58,572 nucleotides of DNA from an uncultured Rhodospirillaceae bacterium (GTDB taxonomy: Bacteria; Pseudomonadota; Alphaproteobacteria; SP197), in NCBI GenBank assembly GCA_937880925.1, contig CALGGB010000278.1, forward strand, positions 1-58,572. The letters run 5' to 3'. A model generated the notes under the pieces. The model was not told the DNA's origin. It made no database searches and saw only the letters and a list, made by a program, of their open reading frames with translations. Position numbers and translations under genes: made by a program. Of this stretch, positions 42,611 through 55,298 are shown in pieces; positions within the stretch are counted from its first letter, which is position 1, and the number at the start of each line of letters is the position of its first letter.

Positions 42611-44011
42611 TCAGCTCTCGAGCATACGCTCCAGAAGCTCGACATCCTCGGAGAAGGCGGGGTCGCCCGCCATCAGCTCTTCGACCTTCTTGACCCCGTG
42701 CATGACGGTGGTGTGGTCGCGTCCGCCGAACTTGCGTCCGATCTCGGGCAGGCTGCGGCTGGTCAGCCGCTTGGCCAGGTACATGGCGATCTGGCGCGGC
42801 CGGGCGATGGCGCGCTGCTTGCGCGCCGAGACCATGTCGGCAAGCCGGATGTTGAAGTGCTCGGCGACCTTCTTCTGGATTTCCTCGATGGTGACCCGGC
42901 GGTCCTGGGCGCGCAGCAGGTCGCGCAGCAGGTCCTGGGTCGATTCCAGGGTCACGGGACGGCCGACGAGCTGGCAGTGGGCCAGAACCCGGTTCAGCGC
43001 GCCTTCGAGCTCGCGCACGTTGGAAGTGACCTTGTGGGCGAGGAACTCCAGCACGCGAGGCGGCACGGCGACGTCGGGGAACTGTGCGGCCTTTGCCTGG
43101 AGGATGCCCAGGCGCAGCTCGTAATCGGCCGGATGGATATCGGCAACCAGGCCCCAGCCCAGGCGGGAGCGCAGGCGCTCCTCCATGCCGTCGAGGTCGC
43201 TGGGCGAACGGTCGCCCGAGATCACGACCTGGCGGGCCTGGTCGACCAGGGCGTTGAAGGTGTGGAAGAACTCCTCCTGGGTGGAATCCTTGCCCGCAAT
43301 GAACTGGATGTCGTCGATCATCAGCACGTCGACGGCGCGGAACTGGTCCTTGAAGGCCATCGTGTCCTTGTAGCGAAGGGCACGAATGAACTTGTACATG
43401 AACTTCTCGGCCGACATGTAGAGCACCTTGCGGCCCGGCTTCTTGGACCGGACATGCCAGGCGATGGCGTGCATCAGGTGGGTCTTGCCCAGCCCGACGC
43501 CGCCGTAGAGAAACAATGGGTTGAAGGTGACCGAATCGGCCTCGGCAACGCGGCGCGCCGCGGCATGGGCAAATTCGTTGGTCTTGCCGACCACGAAGTT
43601 GTCGAAGGTGAAGCGGGGATCGAGGCTGGCGGCGAAGGCATCGGCCTCCTCCACCGGATCGGCGACCGGGCCGTCATGGGCGACCATGCCCAGATCGCGG
43701 CGCGCGGGCACGACCTCGCGACGCACCGCGCGGCGCTCGACCTGGCCGACCTTGATGGCGATGCCGGTCACCGAGTCGTTCTCGCCGCACCACAGATCCT
43801 TCAGCCGCTCGCCGCAGCGCGAGAGCACCCAATCCTTCATGTTGCCGGAAGGAACGCGCATCACGACGTCGCCGCCGGCGACCCCGTCGAGCGAGAGCGG
43901 ACGCAACCATGTCTTGAATGCCGCTTCTCCGAGCTCGGCCCGAAGACGGCCCCGCACACGCTTCCACTGCTCTTCGACAGCCGGATCGAGAACCAAGCTA
44001 TTGGCAGCCAT
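42611..44011 (-). CDS. dnaA: Chromosomal replication initiator DnaA
   Basis: GGVGLGKTHL, QEEFFHTFN, FGGRDHTTV; AAGGAG SD before ATG 44011. Confidence 0.99.
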   Translation of the reverse strand: MAANSLVLDPAVEEQWKRVRGRLRAELGEAAFKTWLRPLSLDGVAGGDVVMRVPSGNMKDWVLSRCGERLKDLWCGENDSVTGIAIKVGQVERRAVRREVVPARRDLGMVAHDGPVADPVEEADAFAASLDPRFTFDNFVVGKTNEFAHAAARRVAEADSVTFNPLFLYGGVGLGKTHLMHAIAWHVRSKKPGRKVLYMSAEKFMYKFIRALRYKDTMAFKDQFRAVDVLMIDDIQFIAGKDSTQEEFFHTFNALVDQARQVVISGDRSPSDLDGMEERLRSRLGWGLVADIHPADYELRLGILQAKAAQFPDVAVPPRVLEFLAHKVTSNVRELEGALNRVLAHCQLVGRPVTLESTQDLLRDLLRAQDRRVTIEEIQKKVAEHFNIRLADMVSARKQRAIARPRQIAMYLAKRLTSRSLPEIGRKFGGRDHTTVMHGVKKVEELMAGDPAFSEDVELLERMLES

Positions 44012-44520
44012 CCATACTCTCCTTCTGACACCGGCGGCCGCCATGGACCGCCCGGTATCGCCGGCACCCTAAAGCGGCGCGCCGAAGTCCAAGGACACCA
44101 GGGCGAGGGCGCCATGTCGGCGCTGCCTACCCTGAGTCACACCGTTGTAATCGATTCGCGGAGAAGATGCTGCAATGACCGTTGCAGAAGTCGAAAAATC
44201 TTTTTGTTTCAACCGTTTGGTCAAGTCTTCAATCCCTGCCGCACAAGAAACGCGAGCAAGTCGCGTAGCCCCGCCTCCGGGTCAGGAACCGCCGCGCAGG
44301 GACGAACCACTCTCATCGGCGCGACACGTTGTCGCCGCCGTTCCGGTCCGCCGATGCGGCACGTTGGCCGCCTGCGCGTTTGTGTTCTTGAGGTCGGTCC
44401 CTCGACCCGGCTGGCACCATAGACCAGGGCGGGCGAAAGCAGCAATGGGATCAAAAATGGAATCTGTGACCGCTCGCGATCATAACACGCATTGGTTGCA
44501 TAACTGCAACATGACCCTGA

Positions 44521-44561
44521 AACGACAAGGGCGCCGGACCTGGTGGTCCGACGCCCTTGTT
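44521..44561 (-). terminator. Hairpin downstream of rpsT (probable terminator)
   Basis: ACAAGGGCG-C-CGGACC/GGTCCG-A-CGCCCTTGT long stem. Confidence 0.6.
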
Positions 44562-44595
44562 GAACACGATGATGTGCGCCCGGCGGGCGCGGCGA

Positions 44596-44856
44596 CTACA
44601 TCTTGGCGACGCGATGCGCCAGACGCGACACCTTTCGCGATGCAGTGTTGGAATGCAACACAGGCGTCTTTGCTGCCTTCATGATCTCGGGCTCGGCCGC
44701 GCGCAGGGCAGCGGTGGCGGCTTCCTTGTCGCCGGCCAGGATCGCCTGCTCGACGCCGCGCACATAGCTCCTCACGCGGCTCATGCGCGCGCGGTTTACC
44801 GCGGTCTTCCGGGCGGTCTGGCGAACCCGCTTCTTGGCTTGCAGGGTATTGGCCAT
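44596..44856 (-). CDS. rpsT: 30S ribosomal protein S20
   Basis: [13 protein letters not shown]...[12 protein letters not shown]; 86 aa. Confidence 0.96.
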   Translation of the reverse strand: MANTLQAKKRVRQTARKTAVNRARMSRVRSYVRGVEQAILAGDKEAATAALRAAEPEIMKAAKTPVLHSNTASRKVSRLAHRVAKM

Positions 44857-44893
44857 GGTTGTTCTCGTCCTTGGAGTAAATTGGGTTGGCGCG

Positions 44894-44922
44894 CTTATAC
44901 CGATGGTCCCATAGGGCGTCAA
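44894..44922 (-). promoter_or_regulatory. Sigma70 promoter of rpsT
   Basis: TTGACG-N17-TATAAG on the minus strand. Confidence 0.65.
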
Positions 44923-45040
44923 CGCCACGGGATTCCTAGGGCTTGAGGCCCGCCGCCGGGGCCTTGCCACCCTCATCGCCGTGTAAGGCAAGCACCGGCT
45001 TTGCGAATCGCACCGAGAGGTCGGGCGAATCGGCGAGTGG

Positions 45041-45874
45041 TCAGCGCTGGCAGGCGCCGCAGTAGAAGGTCGAGCGGTTGGCCTGCACGATTCGCCCGAT
45101 TGCACCCTTGCAACCCGGAGTCGGACAGGGCTCGCCGACCCGGTCATAGACCCGGAAGCTGTGCTGGAAGTAGCCGAGCTCACCGGAAGCCTGACGATGA
45201 TCGCGCAGGGAGGAGCCGCCCGCCGCGATCGCCTCGTTCAGCACGTCGATGATCGCGGGCACCAGCCGTTCGGCGCGTCTGCCCGCCACGCTGGCGGCCA
45301 GGCGGCGCGGCGAGATGCCCGCCCGGTGCAGCGACTCGCAGGCATAGATGTTGCCGACGCCGCCGACCACGCGCTGGTCGAGCAGGGCGGCCTTGATCGG
45401 CGTCTTCTTGCCGGCAAGGCGCGCCGAGAGATGCACGGCATCAAAACCCGGCTGCAGCGGATCGAGCGCGATCGAAGCCAGAAGCGGGTGCGTTGCCTCA
45501 TCACGCGCCGTCGTCAGGGTCATCAGGCCGAATCGGCGATGGTCGTTGAAGACGATGCGCTCGCCGGTCTCGACGGTGAAGACGACATGGTCGTGTTTGT
45601 CGGGCGGCTGGTTGGAGCCGGCGGGCAGCACCACCATGCGGCCCGACATGCCCAGATGGCAGATCAGCACCTGACCGTCCTCCAGGTCGAACAGCAGGTA
45701 CTTGGCCTTGCGCCGCAGCGCGGTGACGCGGCGGCCCTCCACGAAACCGGCAAAGCCGATCGGAAAGGGAATGCGCAGGTTCGGCCGGCGTTGCTCCAGC
45801 GTGACGATGCGCTTGCCTTCCAGCACAGGCTGCAGGCCGCGGCGGACGGTTTCGACTTCGGGAAGCTCGGGCAT
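45041..45874 (-). CDS. mutM: Formamidopyrimidine-DNA glycosylase
   Basis: [22 protein letters not shown]-terminal zinc finger. Confidence 0.98.
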   Translation of the reverse strand: MPELPEVETVRRGLQPVLEGKRIVTLEQRRPNLRIPFPIGFAGFVEGRRVTALRRKAKYLLFDLEDGQVLICHLGMSGRMVVLPAGSNQPPDKHDHVVFTVETGERIVFNDHRRFGLMTLTTARDEATHPLLASIALDPLQPGFDAVHLSARLAGKKTPIKAALLDQRVVGGVGNIYACESLHRAGISPRRLAASVAGRRAERLVPAIIDVLNEAIAAGGSSLRDHRQASGELGYFQHSFRVYDRVGEPCPTPGCKGAIGRIVQANRSTFYCGACQR

Positions 45875-45956
45875 GGCGCGACGCTACAGGCTTTCTTGCG
45901 GCGGCGGAATCGGATGTAGTTCCCTCGATCCCCGTTCCGATTTATGGTCCGCCGCC

Positions 45957-46709
45957 ATGGCGCGCCCCCTTGAAATCGATCATGCCACCCGCTTCGGTGA
46001 GCGCCGCGTCGCCGAGGACGAGAAGGGCTCCCTCGTGCGCGCCGTGTTCCGCAACGTGGCGCCCCGTTACGACCTGATGAACGACCTGATGAGTGCCGGC
46101 GTCCACCGCGTGTGGAAGCGCACCATGGTCAACCGTGTCGCCGAAGCCGGCGCCGGCGTGGCGGTCGACGTTGCCGGCGGCACCGGCGACATCGCCTTCC
46201 GCCTGAAGGAGCGCGGCTTCGAGGTCGCGGTCGTCGACATCAACGACGCCATGCTGGGTGTGGGCCGCGACCGCGCGCTCGACCGCGCCGTCACCCAGGG
46301 CATCACATGGACCTGCGGCGATGCCGAGGCCCTGCCGCTGCGCGATTCCAGCGTTGATGCCTATACGATCGCCTTCGGCATCCGCAACGTCACCCATCTT
46401 TCCACGGCGCTCGCCGAGGCCCGCCGCGTGTTGAAGCCCGGCGGGCGTTTTGCCTGCCTGGAATTCGGCCATGTCGTGGTGCCCGTGCTCGACCGGCTTT
46501 ATGCCCGCTACAGCGATGCGGTACTGCCGCGCCTGGGCGGCATCATCGCGGGTGATGCCGATTCCTACCGTTATCTCGTCGACAGCATCCGCGCCTTCCC
46601 CGAACAGGCCGATTTCGCAGCACTCGTCGCCGAAGCCGGCCTTGCCCACGTCGGCACGACCAATCTTTCGGGCGGCATCGCTGCGCTCACCACCGCCTGG
46701 CGCCTGTGA
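45957..46709 (+). CDS. ubiE: Ubiquinone/menaquinone C-methyltransferase
   Basis: YDLMNDLMSAGVHRVWK, DVAGGTGD, IAFGIRNVT, YRYLVDSI. Confidence 0.95.
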   Translation: MARPLEIDHATRFGERRVAEDEKGSLVRAVFRNVAPRYDLMNDLMSAGVHRVWKRTMVNRVAEAGAGVAVDVAGGTGDIAFRLKERGFEVAVVDINDAMLGVGRDRALDRAVTQGITWTCGDAEALPLRDSSVDAYTIAFGIRNVTHLSTALAEARRVLKPGGRFACLEFGHVVVPVLDRLYARYSDAVLPRLGGIIAGDADSYRYLVDSIRAFPEQADFAALVAEAGLAHVGTTNLSGGIAALTTAWRL

Positions 46710-46743
46710 GCGCGGGCGGCAGCGCTTCCTCGGAACGCAGAAC

Positions 46744-48300
46744 GTGACCGGTCCGATCGAGTCGGTGCGCAATCTGGCGCGCCTCTTTGCCATCGCCCGC
46801 ACCCTTGCGCGCCACGACGCGCTCTTCCCCCTGGAGCTGGCCGGAGTCGCCCCGCCAGTGATCTGGGCAGCCAAGCTGGTTTCGGCGCGCGACCAGCCGG
46901 GACGGCCCGGCGAGCGCCTGGCCCGCGCGCTGCAGGAACTGGGGCCGACCTTCATCAAGGCGGGCCAGCTTCTTTCCGTGCGCCCCGACGTGGTCGGCGA
47001 GGAGATCGCCGAGGACCTGGCAAATCTGCAGGACCATCTGCCCGCATTCCCCGCAGCCGAGGCGCGCGCCGCGGTCGAGCGCGAACTGGGCGCGCCCATT
47101 TCCAGCCTCTTCTCCCGCTTCGAGGATAAGCCGGTCGCGGCAGCCTCGATCGCCCAGGTCCACCTTGCGGTGACCTCCGACGGGCGCGACGTGGCCGTGA
47201 AGGTGCTGCGCCCCGATATCGAAGAGACCTTCCGCCGCGACCTTGATCTTGCCCACTGGCTGGCGGCCTTTGCCGAACAGGCCCGTCCCTCCCTGCGCCG
47301 CCTCAAGCCCGTCGCCGTGGTCGAGAACGTGCGCGCCTGGGTCGCCCTGGAAATGGACCTGCGCATGGAGGCCGCCGCCGCGGCCGAGCTCGAGGAGAAC
47401 TTCGCGGGCGACCCCGATTTCCGCGTGCCGGCCGTCGACTGGCAGCGCACCGCCGAACATGTGCTCACGCTCGAGCGCATCACCGGCATGCCGATCGACG
47501 AACGCGAGGCCCTGCTTGCCGCCGGCCACGACCCCGATGCCATCGTCGCCGTCGCCGCCCGCGTCTTCTTCCAGCAGGTTTTCCGCGATGGCTTCTTCCA
47601 TGCCGACATGCATCCCGGGAACCTGTTCGTCGATGCGCAGGGCCGGATCGTCGCCATCGACTTCGGCATCATGGGAAGGCTCGACCGGGCCACGCGCCTG
47701 ATCATCGCCGAGATGCTGCTGGGGTTCCTCAAGCGCGACTACAAGCGCGTCGCCGAGATCCATTTCGAGGCGGGCTTCGTGCCGGCCGACCGCTCGCGCG
47801 AACTCTTCACCCAGGCGATCCGCTCGATCGGCGAACCGATCCTGGGCAAACCGCTTGCGGAAATCTCGCTCGCCCGCCTGCTCGCCCAGCTCTTCCGCGT
47901 CACCGAGCAGTTCGGCATGCCGACCCAGCCGCAGCTGCTGCTGCTGCAGAAGACCATGCTGGTGACCGAAGGCATCGGCCGTTCGCTGGCACCCGACATC
48001 AACATGTGGCAGCTCGCCCAGCCGCTGGTCGAGGAGTGGGCGATGATCAACCTGTCGCCGCCCGCCCGCCTCTACGACGGCGCCCGGCACGCCGCCGAGA
48101 TCGCCCGCCGCCTGCCCGACCTTGCCGCCAAGGCGGCCGCCATCGTCGATGAAACCGCCGCCTCGGGCTTCCGCCTGCACCGCGATACCGTCGACGAACT
48201 GGTCGAACGCCAGTCCCGCGCAAGGAGCCGCGCCATGCGCTGGCTCTGGGCGTTGGCTACCCTCGCCCTGGTCCTCGCCCTGTTTGCGCTGGCCGACTGA
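46744..48300 (+). CDS. ubiB: Ubiquinone biosynthesis kinase-like protein UbiB
   Basis: LGPTFIKAGQ, AAASIAQVH, FFHADMHPGN, DFGIMG; GTG start. Confidence 0.96.
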   Translation: MTGPIESVRNLARLFAIARTLARHDALFPLELAGVAPPVIWAAKLVSARDQPGRPGERLARALQELGPTFIKAGQLLSVRPDVVGEEIAEDLANLQDHLPAFPAAEARAAVERELGAPISSLFSRFEDKPVAAASIAQVHLAVTSDGRDVAVKVLRPDIEETFRRDLDLAHWLAAFAEQARPSLRRLKPVAVVENVRAWVALEMDLRMEAAAAAELEENFAGDPDFRVPAVDWQRTAEHVLTLERITGMPIDEREALLAAGHDPDAIVAVAARVFFQQVFRDGFFHADMHPGNLFVDAQGRIVAIDFGIMGRLDRATRLIIAEMLLGFLKRDYKRVAEIHFEAGFVPADRSRELFTQAIRSIGEPILGKPLAEISLARLLAQLFRVTEQFGMPTQPQLLLLQKTMLVTEGIGRSLAPDINMWQLAQPLVEEWAMINLSPPARLYDGARHAAEIARRLPDLAAKAAAIVDETAASGFRLHRDTVDELVERQSRARSRAMRWLWALATLALVLALFALAD

Positions 48301-48324
48301 CCCGGGACTGACCCCTACTTCCCT

Positions 48325-48480
48325 GTGCGTCTGGATGCCAGCCTTCGCTGGCATGAGGAGAGTGTTGGGGTGTGTGCTGGAATGCCTCAGGGCGGCCCGA
48401 CACATTCCGCCACCGGCGCGGGCACCTTGGGCTTTTCTTGTCTTCTCCTCATGCCAGCGAAGGCTGGCATCCAGACGCAC
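48325..48480. repeat. REP-like doublet (perfect 37-bp inverted repeat with internal hairpins)
   Basis: 48325-48361 is the exact reverse complement of 48444-48480; each arm contains ATGCCAGC-N4-GCTGGCAT; 82-bp spacer. Confidence 0.88.
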
Positions 48481-48516
48481 CGACGCCGAGCGGGGCACCA
48501 CGTACGATCCGGGCTC

Positions 48517-48552
48517 AAAGAAAAAGGGGCGGACCTTGCGGCCCGCCCCTTC
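48517..48552 (-). terminator. Rho-independent terminator of katG
   Basis: Minus strand AAGGGGCGGGCC-GCAA-GGTCCGCCCCTT followed by TTTCTTT. Confidence 0.8.
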
Positions 48553-48575
48553 GGCGTAACGATCTTCCTGTGCGA

Positions 48576-50939
<2,364 letters not shown>

Positions 50940-50990
50940 CTATATTGTGCAGCGCACCAGTGCGGGCCAGCGCCCGCCGAAAGGACCGTC

Positions 50991-52196
50991 ATGCTTCAGG
51001 GCAAGCGCATCCTGCTGATCATTGGTGGCGGCATCGCCGCCTACCGTTCGCTCGAGCTGATCCGGGCGCTGAAGGAGAAGCAGGCCGTCGTGCGCTGCGT
51101 CATGACCCATGGCGCCCAGCAGTTCGTTACCCCCATGGCCGCCGCGGCCCTGTCGGGCGAGAAGGTTTTCACCGAACTTTTCTCGCTGACCGACGAGGCA
51201 GAGATGGGCCACATCCGGCTTTCGCGCGAGGCCGATCTGGTGGTCGTCGCACCCGCCACCGCGGACCTGATGGCCAAGATGGCCGCGGGCCTGGCCGACG
51301 ATCTGGCTTCCACCGTGCTGCTGGCGACCGACAAGCCGGTGATGGTCTGCCCGGCGATGAACACGATGATGTGGAACCACGCGGCCACGCAGCGCAATGT
51401 CGCACGCCTGAAGGCCGACGGCATCGCCATGCTGGGACCCGATGCGGGCGACCTGGCCTGCGGCGAGGTCGGGCGGGGCCGCATGAGCCAGCCCCATGCC
51501 ATCGCCGCGGCCATCGAGGCCTTTCTCGACGAAGCCGCCGACAAGCCGCTTGCCGGGCGCCACGCGCTGATCACCAGCGGCCCGACCCACGAACCCATCG
51601 ACCCCGTGCGTTTCATCGCCAACCGCAGCTCGGGCAAGCAGGGACACGCCATCGCCGCGGCCTGCGCACGCCTGGGCGCCCGCGTCACCCTGGTGTCGGG
51701 TCCTGTGAACCTGCCCGATCCGGCGGGTGTCGAGATCGTGAAGGTCGAGACTGCACGCGAGATGCTGGCGGCCTGCGAGGCGGCCCTTCCCGCCGATGTC
51801 GCGATCTGCGCGGCGGCCGTCGCCGACTGGCGCGTTGCCAGCGAGGCGGCATCCAAGCTGAAGAAGGAGGGCGGCGCCCTGCCAACGCTAACCTTCGCCG
51901 AGAACCCCGATATCCTGGCGACGCTCGCCGCGCGCAACGACCGCCGACCGCGCCTGGTCGTGGGCTTTGCCGCCGAAACCGGCGATGTCGTGACCTACGC
52001 GCGCGCCAAGCTGGCGAAAAAGGGCTGCGACTGGATCGTCGCCAACGATGTCTCGGCCGGCACCGGCACCTTCGGCGGCGACAACAACACGGTCCACCTG
52101 GTCGGCCCCGAGGGTGTGGAGGACTGGCCGCGCATGACCAAGCAGGAGGTCGCCGACACGCTGGCCCGCCGCATCGCCGGACACCTGGCGGCATGA
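50991..52196 (+). CDS. coaBC: Phosphopantothenoylcysteine decarboxylase/ligase
   Basis: [42 protein letters not shown]. Confidence 0.97.
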   Translation: MLQGKRILLIIGGGIAAYRSLELIRALKEKQAVVRCVMTHGAQQFVTPMAAAALSGEKVFTELFSLTDEAEMGHIRLSREADLVVVAPATADLMAKMAAGLADDLASTVLLATDKPVMVCPAMNTMMWNHAATQRNVARLKADGIAMLGPDAGDLACGEVGRGRMSQPHAIAAAIEAFLDEAADKPLAGRHALITSGPTHEPIDPVRFIANRSSGKQGHAIAAACARLGARVTLVSGPVNLPDPAGVEIVKVETAREMLAACEAALPADVAICAAAVADWRVASEAASKLKKEGGALPTLTFAENPDILATLAARNDRRPRLVVGFAAETGDVVTYARAKLAKKGCDWIVANDVSAGTGTFGGDNNTVHLVGPEGVEDWPRMTKQEVADTLARRIAGHLAA

Positions 52197-52642
52197 GCAC
52201 CGTGCTGCGCATCCAGCGCCTGTCCCATGCCGAGGACCTGGAGCTTCCCGCCTACGCCACCGAACAGGCCGCGGGTCTCGACCTGCGCGCGGCGATCGAC
52301 GGCGCCATGGTGATCCAGCCCGGCCGCCACGCCATGGTGCCCACGGGCCTCGCCATCGCCCTGCCGGCCGGTCACGAGGGCCAGGTGCGTCCCCGTTCGG
52401 GCCTGGCCCATCGCCACGGCGTCACCGTGCTCAACAGCCCCGGCACCATCGATGCCGACTACCGCGGCGAGGTGAAGGTGATGCTGATCAATCACGGCCA
52501 CCAGCCCTTCACCATCGCGCGCGGCGACCGCATCGCCCAGCTCGTCATCGCCCCCGTGGTCCAGGTCGCTATTCACGAAGTCGAGGCGCTCGACGACACG
52601 GCGCGCGGCGAGGGCGGCCACGGCTCCACCGGCGTGTCATAG
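52193..52642 (+). CDS. dut: dUTP diphosphatase
   Basis: [36 protein letters not shown]. Confidence 0.98.
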   Translation: MSTVLRIQRLSHAEDLELPAYATEQAAGLDLRAAIDGAMVIQPGRHAMVPTGLAIALPAGHEGQVRPRSGLAHRHGVTVLNSPGTIDADYRGEVKVMLINHGHQPFTIARGDRIAQLVIAPVVQVAIHEVEALDDTARGEGGHGSTGVS

Positions 52643-52650
52643 GAGACCCC

Positions 52651-52959
52651 ATGCTCGAACTGCGTCCCAACTGCGAAGCCTGCGACCGCGACCTGCCGCC
52701 CGAGTCGCCCGAGGCCTGGATCTGCAGCTACGAATGCACCTTCTGCGCCGATTGCGTGGAGGAGCTGCTCCAGAACGTCTGCCCCAACTGCGGCGGCGGT
52801 TTCATGCCCCGCCCGGTGCGCCCCAAGAAGGCCTGGCGCGAAGGCGTCTGCCTGAGCGACGATCCTCCGAGCACAGAGCGCCGCCGCCTGAAGTTCAGCC
52901 GCGAGGACATCGCCGCCTTCGTGAAGAAGGTCCGCGCCACCCCGCCGGAGAAGCGTTGA
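52651..52959 (+). CDS. DUF1272 Cys-rich protein
   Basis: MLELRPNCEACDRDLP...ICSYECTFC...CPNCGG. Confidence 0.9.
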   Translation: MLELRPNCEACDRDLPPESPEAWICSYECTFCADCVEELLQNVCPNCGGGFMPRPVRPKKAWREGVCLSDDPPSTERRRLKFSREDIAAFVKKVRATPPEKR

Positions 52960-53004
52960 TCCCGCGCGCTTGCCAGCGCCGCCGCGCCACCGCAGGTTAG
53001 GGTC

Positions 53005-53829
53005 ATGCAGATCACCGATTTCACCGAAGAACAGCTTCACCGCTACGCCCGCCACATCGTCATGCCCGAGGTCGGCGGCACCGGGCAGGTCAAGCTGCTC
53101 AACGCCCGCGTGCTGGCAATCGGCGCGGGGGGCCTGGGCGCGCCGCTGCTGATGTACCTGGCCGCCGCCGGCGTGGGCACATTGGGTGTCGTCGACAACG
53201 ATCATGTCGAGCTTTCCAACCTGCAGCGCCAGATCATCCACACCACGGATCGGGTGGGCGTCGACAAGACCGAGAGCGCGGCACGAGCCATCGCCGAACT
53301 CAATCCCGACGTGAAGGTGATCTGTCACCAGGAACGCTTCGAGCATCACAACGCGCTCGACATCATCAGCGGCTACGACATCGTCTGCGACGGTTCTGAC
53401 AACTTTCCGACGCGTTACCTCGTCAACGACGCCTGCTTCCTGGCGGGCAAACCGCTGATCAGCGCGGCCATGATGCGCTTCGACGGCCAGCTCACCACCT
53501 TCCGCGCGCACGAGGGCGAGGGCCATGCCTGCTACCGCTGCCTGTTCCCGGAGATGCCGCCCGAGGGCCTGGTGCCGTCCTGTTCGGAAGCCGGCATCTT
53601 CGGCGCCATCGCCGGCGTCATGGGCACGCTGCAGACCGCCGAGGTGCTGAAGGAGATCCTGGGCATCGGCCAGCGCCTGGACGGCACCCTGCTGATCTAC
53701 GACGCGCTGGGCGCGGAGGTCCGCCGCGTCAGCTACACCAAGGATCCCGACTGCGCCCTGTGCGGCAGCCAGCCCTCGATCACCGATCTCTCGCACCACG
53801 CGCAGTTCGCAAAGACGAAGCAGTCATGA
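53005..53829 (+). CDS. moeB: MoeB/ThiF family adenylyltransferase
   Basis: RYARHI, GAGGLG, SNLQRQ, CYRC, DPDCALC. Confidence 0.9.
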   Translation: MQITDFTEEQLHRYARHIVMPEVGGTGQVKLLNARVLAIGAGGLGAPLLMYLAAAGVGTLGVVDNDHVELSNLQRQIIHTTDRVGVDKTESAARAIAELNPDVKVICHQERFEHHNALDIISGYDIVCDGSDNFPTRYLVNDACFLAGKPLISAAMMRFDGQLTTFRAHEGEGHACYRCLFPEMPPEGLVPSCSEAGIFGAIAGVMGTLQTAEVLKEILGIGQRLDGTLLIYDALGAEVRRVSYTKDPDCALCGSQPSITDLSHHAQFAKTKQS

Positions 53830-54221
53830 GCACGGCGGCACCCCTGGGCCTGGTCGTACTGTCGGGTGACTGGGCGCGCGTGCACTACGCCCTGATGATG
53901 GCCAGTTCCGCCGCCGCCATCGACCGGCCGGTGACGCTGTTTGTCACCATGGACGCCGTGCCCCTGCTGGAGGCAGGCGAAGGCTGGCGGAGGCTCGCCG
54001 GCGCCGAGGGCGACGACGCCCTGAAGGAACGCAAGGTCGCCGACACCGAGACCCTGCTGGAAGCCTGCGCCGCCATGGAGATCACGATCATGGTCTGCGA
54101 AGCCGGCCTGAAGGCGCGCGACGTTGCGCCCTCCGCCCTGCGCGAGGACCTGGGCGTGGAGGTCACCGGGCTCGTCACCTTCTATCAGAGCGTCGGCGCA
54201 GGGCAGATCGTCGCCCTGTGA
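53826..54221 (+). CDS. DsrE/DsrF-like sulfur-relay protein
   Basis: ATGA overlap with moeB; ALMMASSAAA..VTLFVT, MVCEAG, GLVTFY. Confidence 0.75.
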   Translation: MSTAAPLGLVVLSGDWARVHYALMMASSAAAIDRPVTLFVTMDAVPLLEAGEGWRRLAGAEGDDALKERKVADTETLLEACAAMEITIMVCEAGLKARDVAPSALREDLGVEVTGLVTFYQSVGAGQIVAL

Positions 54222-54300
54222 GTTGTCACTGGCTTTGACAGGCGCGTTCCCGTGCTCCCATGATCCGCGAAAAGCCGATCCGCCTGCCAAGAGGAGCCCC

Positions 54301-55284
54301 ATGGCAACCCAGTTCCCCCCGACCGAAACCGTCGACGTCACCGATCTCTTTGCCGCGCCCGACGACTGCGCCGAGCTGGATGCACGGGTGACGCAGCTGC
54401 TGGCGACCCACGGCAGCTTCGTCGCTGCGGGTTTCGAAAACGGCGCGGACAACGATGCCGCGGCCCACAGGGTGCTCGACTTCTTCTCCCTGCCCAAAGA
54501 CGAAAAGGCCGCCATCGCGACGTGCCGCGCCCGGCCGGAGAACACCAACGTCTATCGCGGCTACTACCCGCTGCTCGACAAGCAGGGTTTTGCCTACAAC
54601 GAGACACTCGACATCGGTCCGGAGGTTCCCGGCGCCGTGCCCGATATCGCAGGCGCCGACGGCTTCCGCGAGCACACCCCCTGGCCCGCGCGCGAACCCC
54701 ATGCCGGCTGGAAGCAGGAGACGCTGGCCTATTTCGCTACCGTCCACGGCCTAGCCATCGCGGTTCTGGCCGCCATCGCGCGCCACATCGGCAGCGAGCC
54801 CGAGACCTTCGTCGCGCCCTGCCGCCAGGGCAATGGCACCCTGCGCCTGCTGCACTACTTCGAGACGCCCGACGACTACATGCCCAGGGAGAAGAACACG
54901 CCGACCGACTATGCCGACGAACTGGGCCGGCGCATCCGCACCCAGCGCCACATCGACACTGGCGTCATGTCGATCCTGTGGCAGGACGAGAACGGCGGCC
55001 TGCAGATGCAGGGCCGGGACAAGGTCTGGCGCGAGGTTCCCGCCGTGGCCGACGGCCTGTCGGTTCATTGCGGCGACCTGCTGAAGGCGATGACCGGCGG
55101 CCTGATCGAGGCGACGCCGCACCGCGTTGCCGGCGGCGGCCAGGAACGCCTGTCGCTCGGCCTCTTCGTCGAACCCGATTTCGACGCCATGGTGATCCCG
55201 CCCGACAGCACGACGCCGGTGACCTATGCCGGCCACCTGATCAACGAGTTCCCCGGCCGCTTCGAGCGCCCCAAGGCCGCCTGA
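54301..55284 (+). CDS. Isopenicillin N synthase-like 2OG-Fe(II) oxygenase
   Basis: RGYYP, RHIDTG (HxD), PHRV, RLS (RxS); GAGGAG SD. Confidence 0.88.
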   Translation: MATQFPPTETVDVTDLFAAPDDCAELDARVTQLLATHGSFVAAGFENGADNDAAAHRVLDFFSLPKDEKAAIATCRARPENTNVYRGYYPLLDKQGFAYNETLDIGPEVPGAVPDIAGADGFREHTPWPAREPHAGWKQETLAYFATVHGLAIAVLAAIARHIGSEPETFVAPCRQGNGTLRLLHYFETPDDYMPREKNTPTDYADELGRRIRTQRHIDTGVMSILWQDENGGLQMQGRDKVWREVPAVADGLSVHCGDLLKAMTGGLIEATPHRVAGGGQERLSLGLFVEPDFDAMVIPPDSTTPVTYAGHLINEFPGRFERPKAA

Positions 55285-55298
55285 AGCCCTCGGGCGCC

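Noticed and set aside
44175-44684. Short ORFs in the dnaA-rpsT gap
   Set aside because: No SD, atypical composition, and they overlap rpsT or its terminator.
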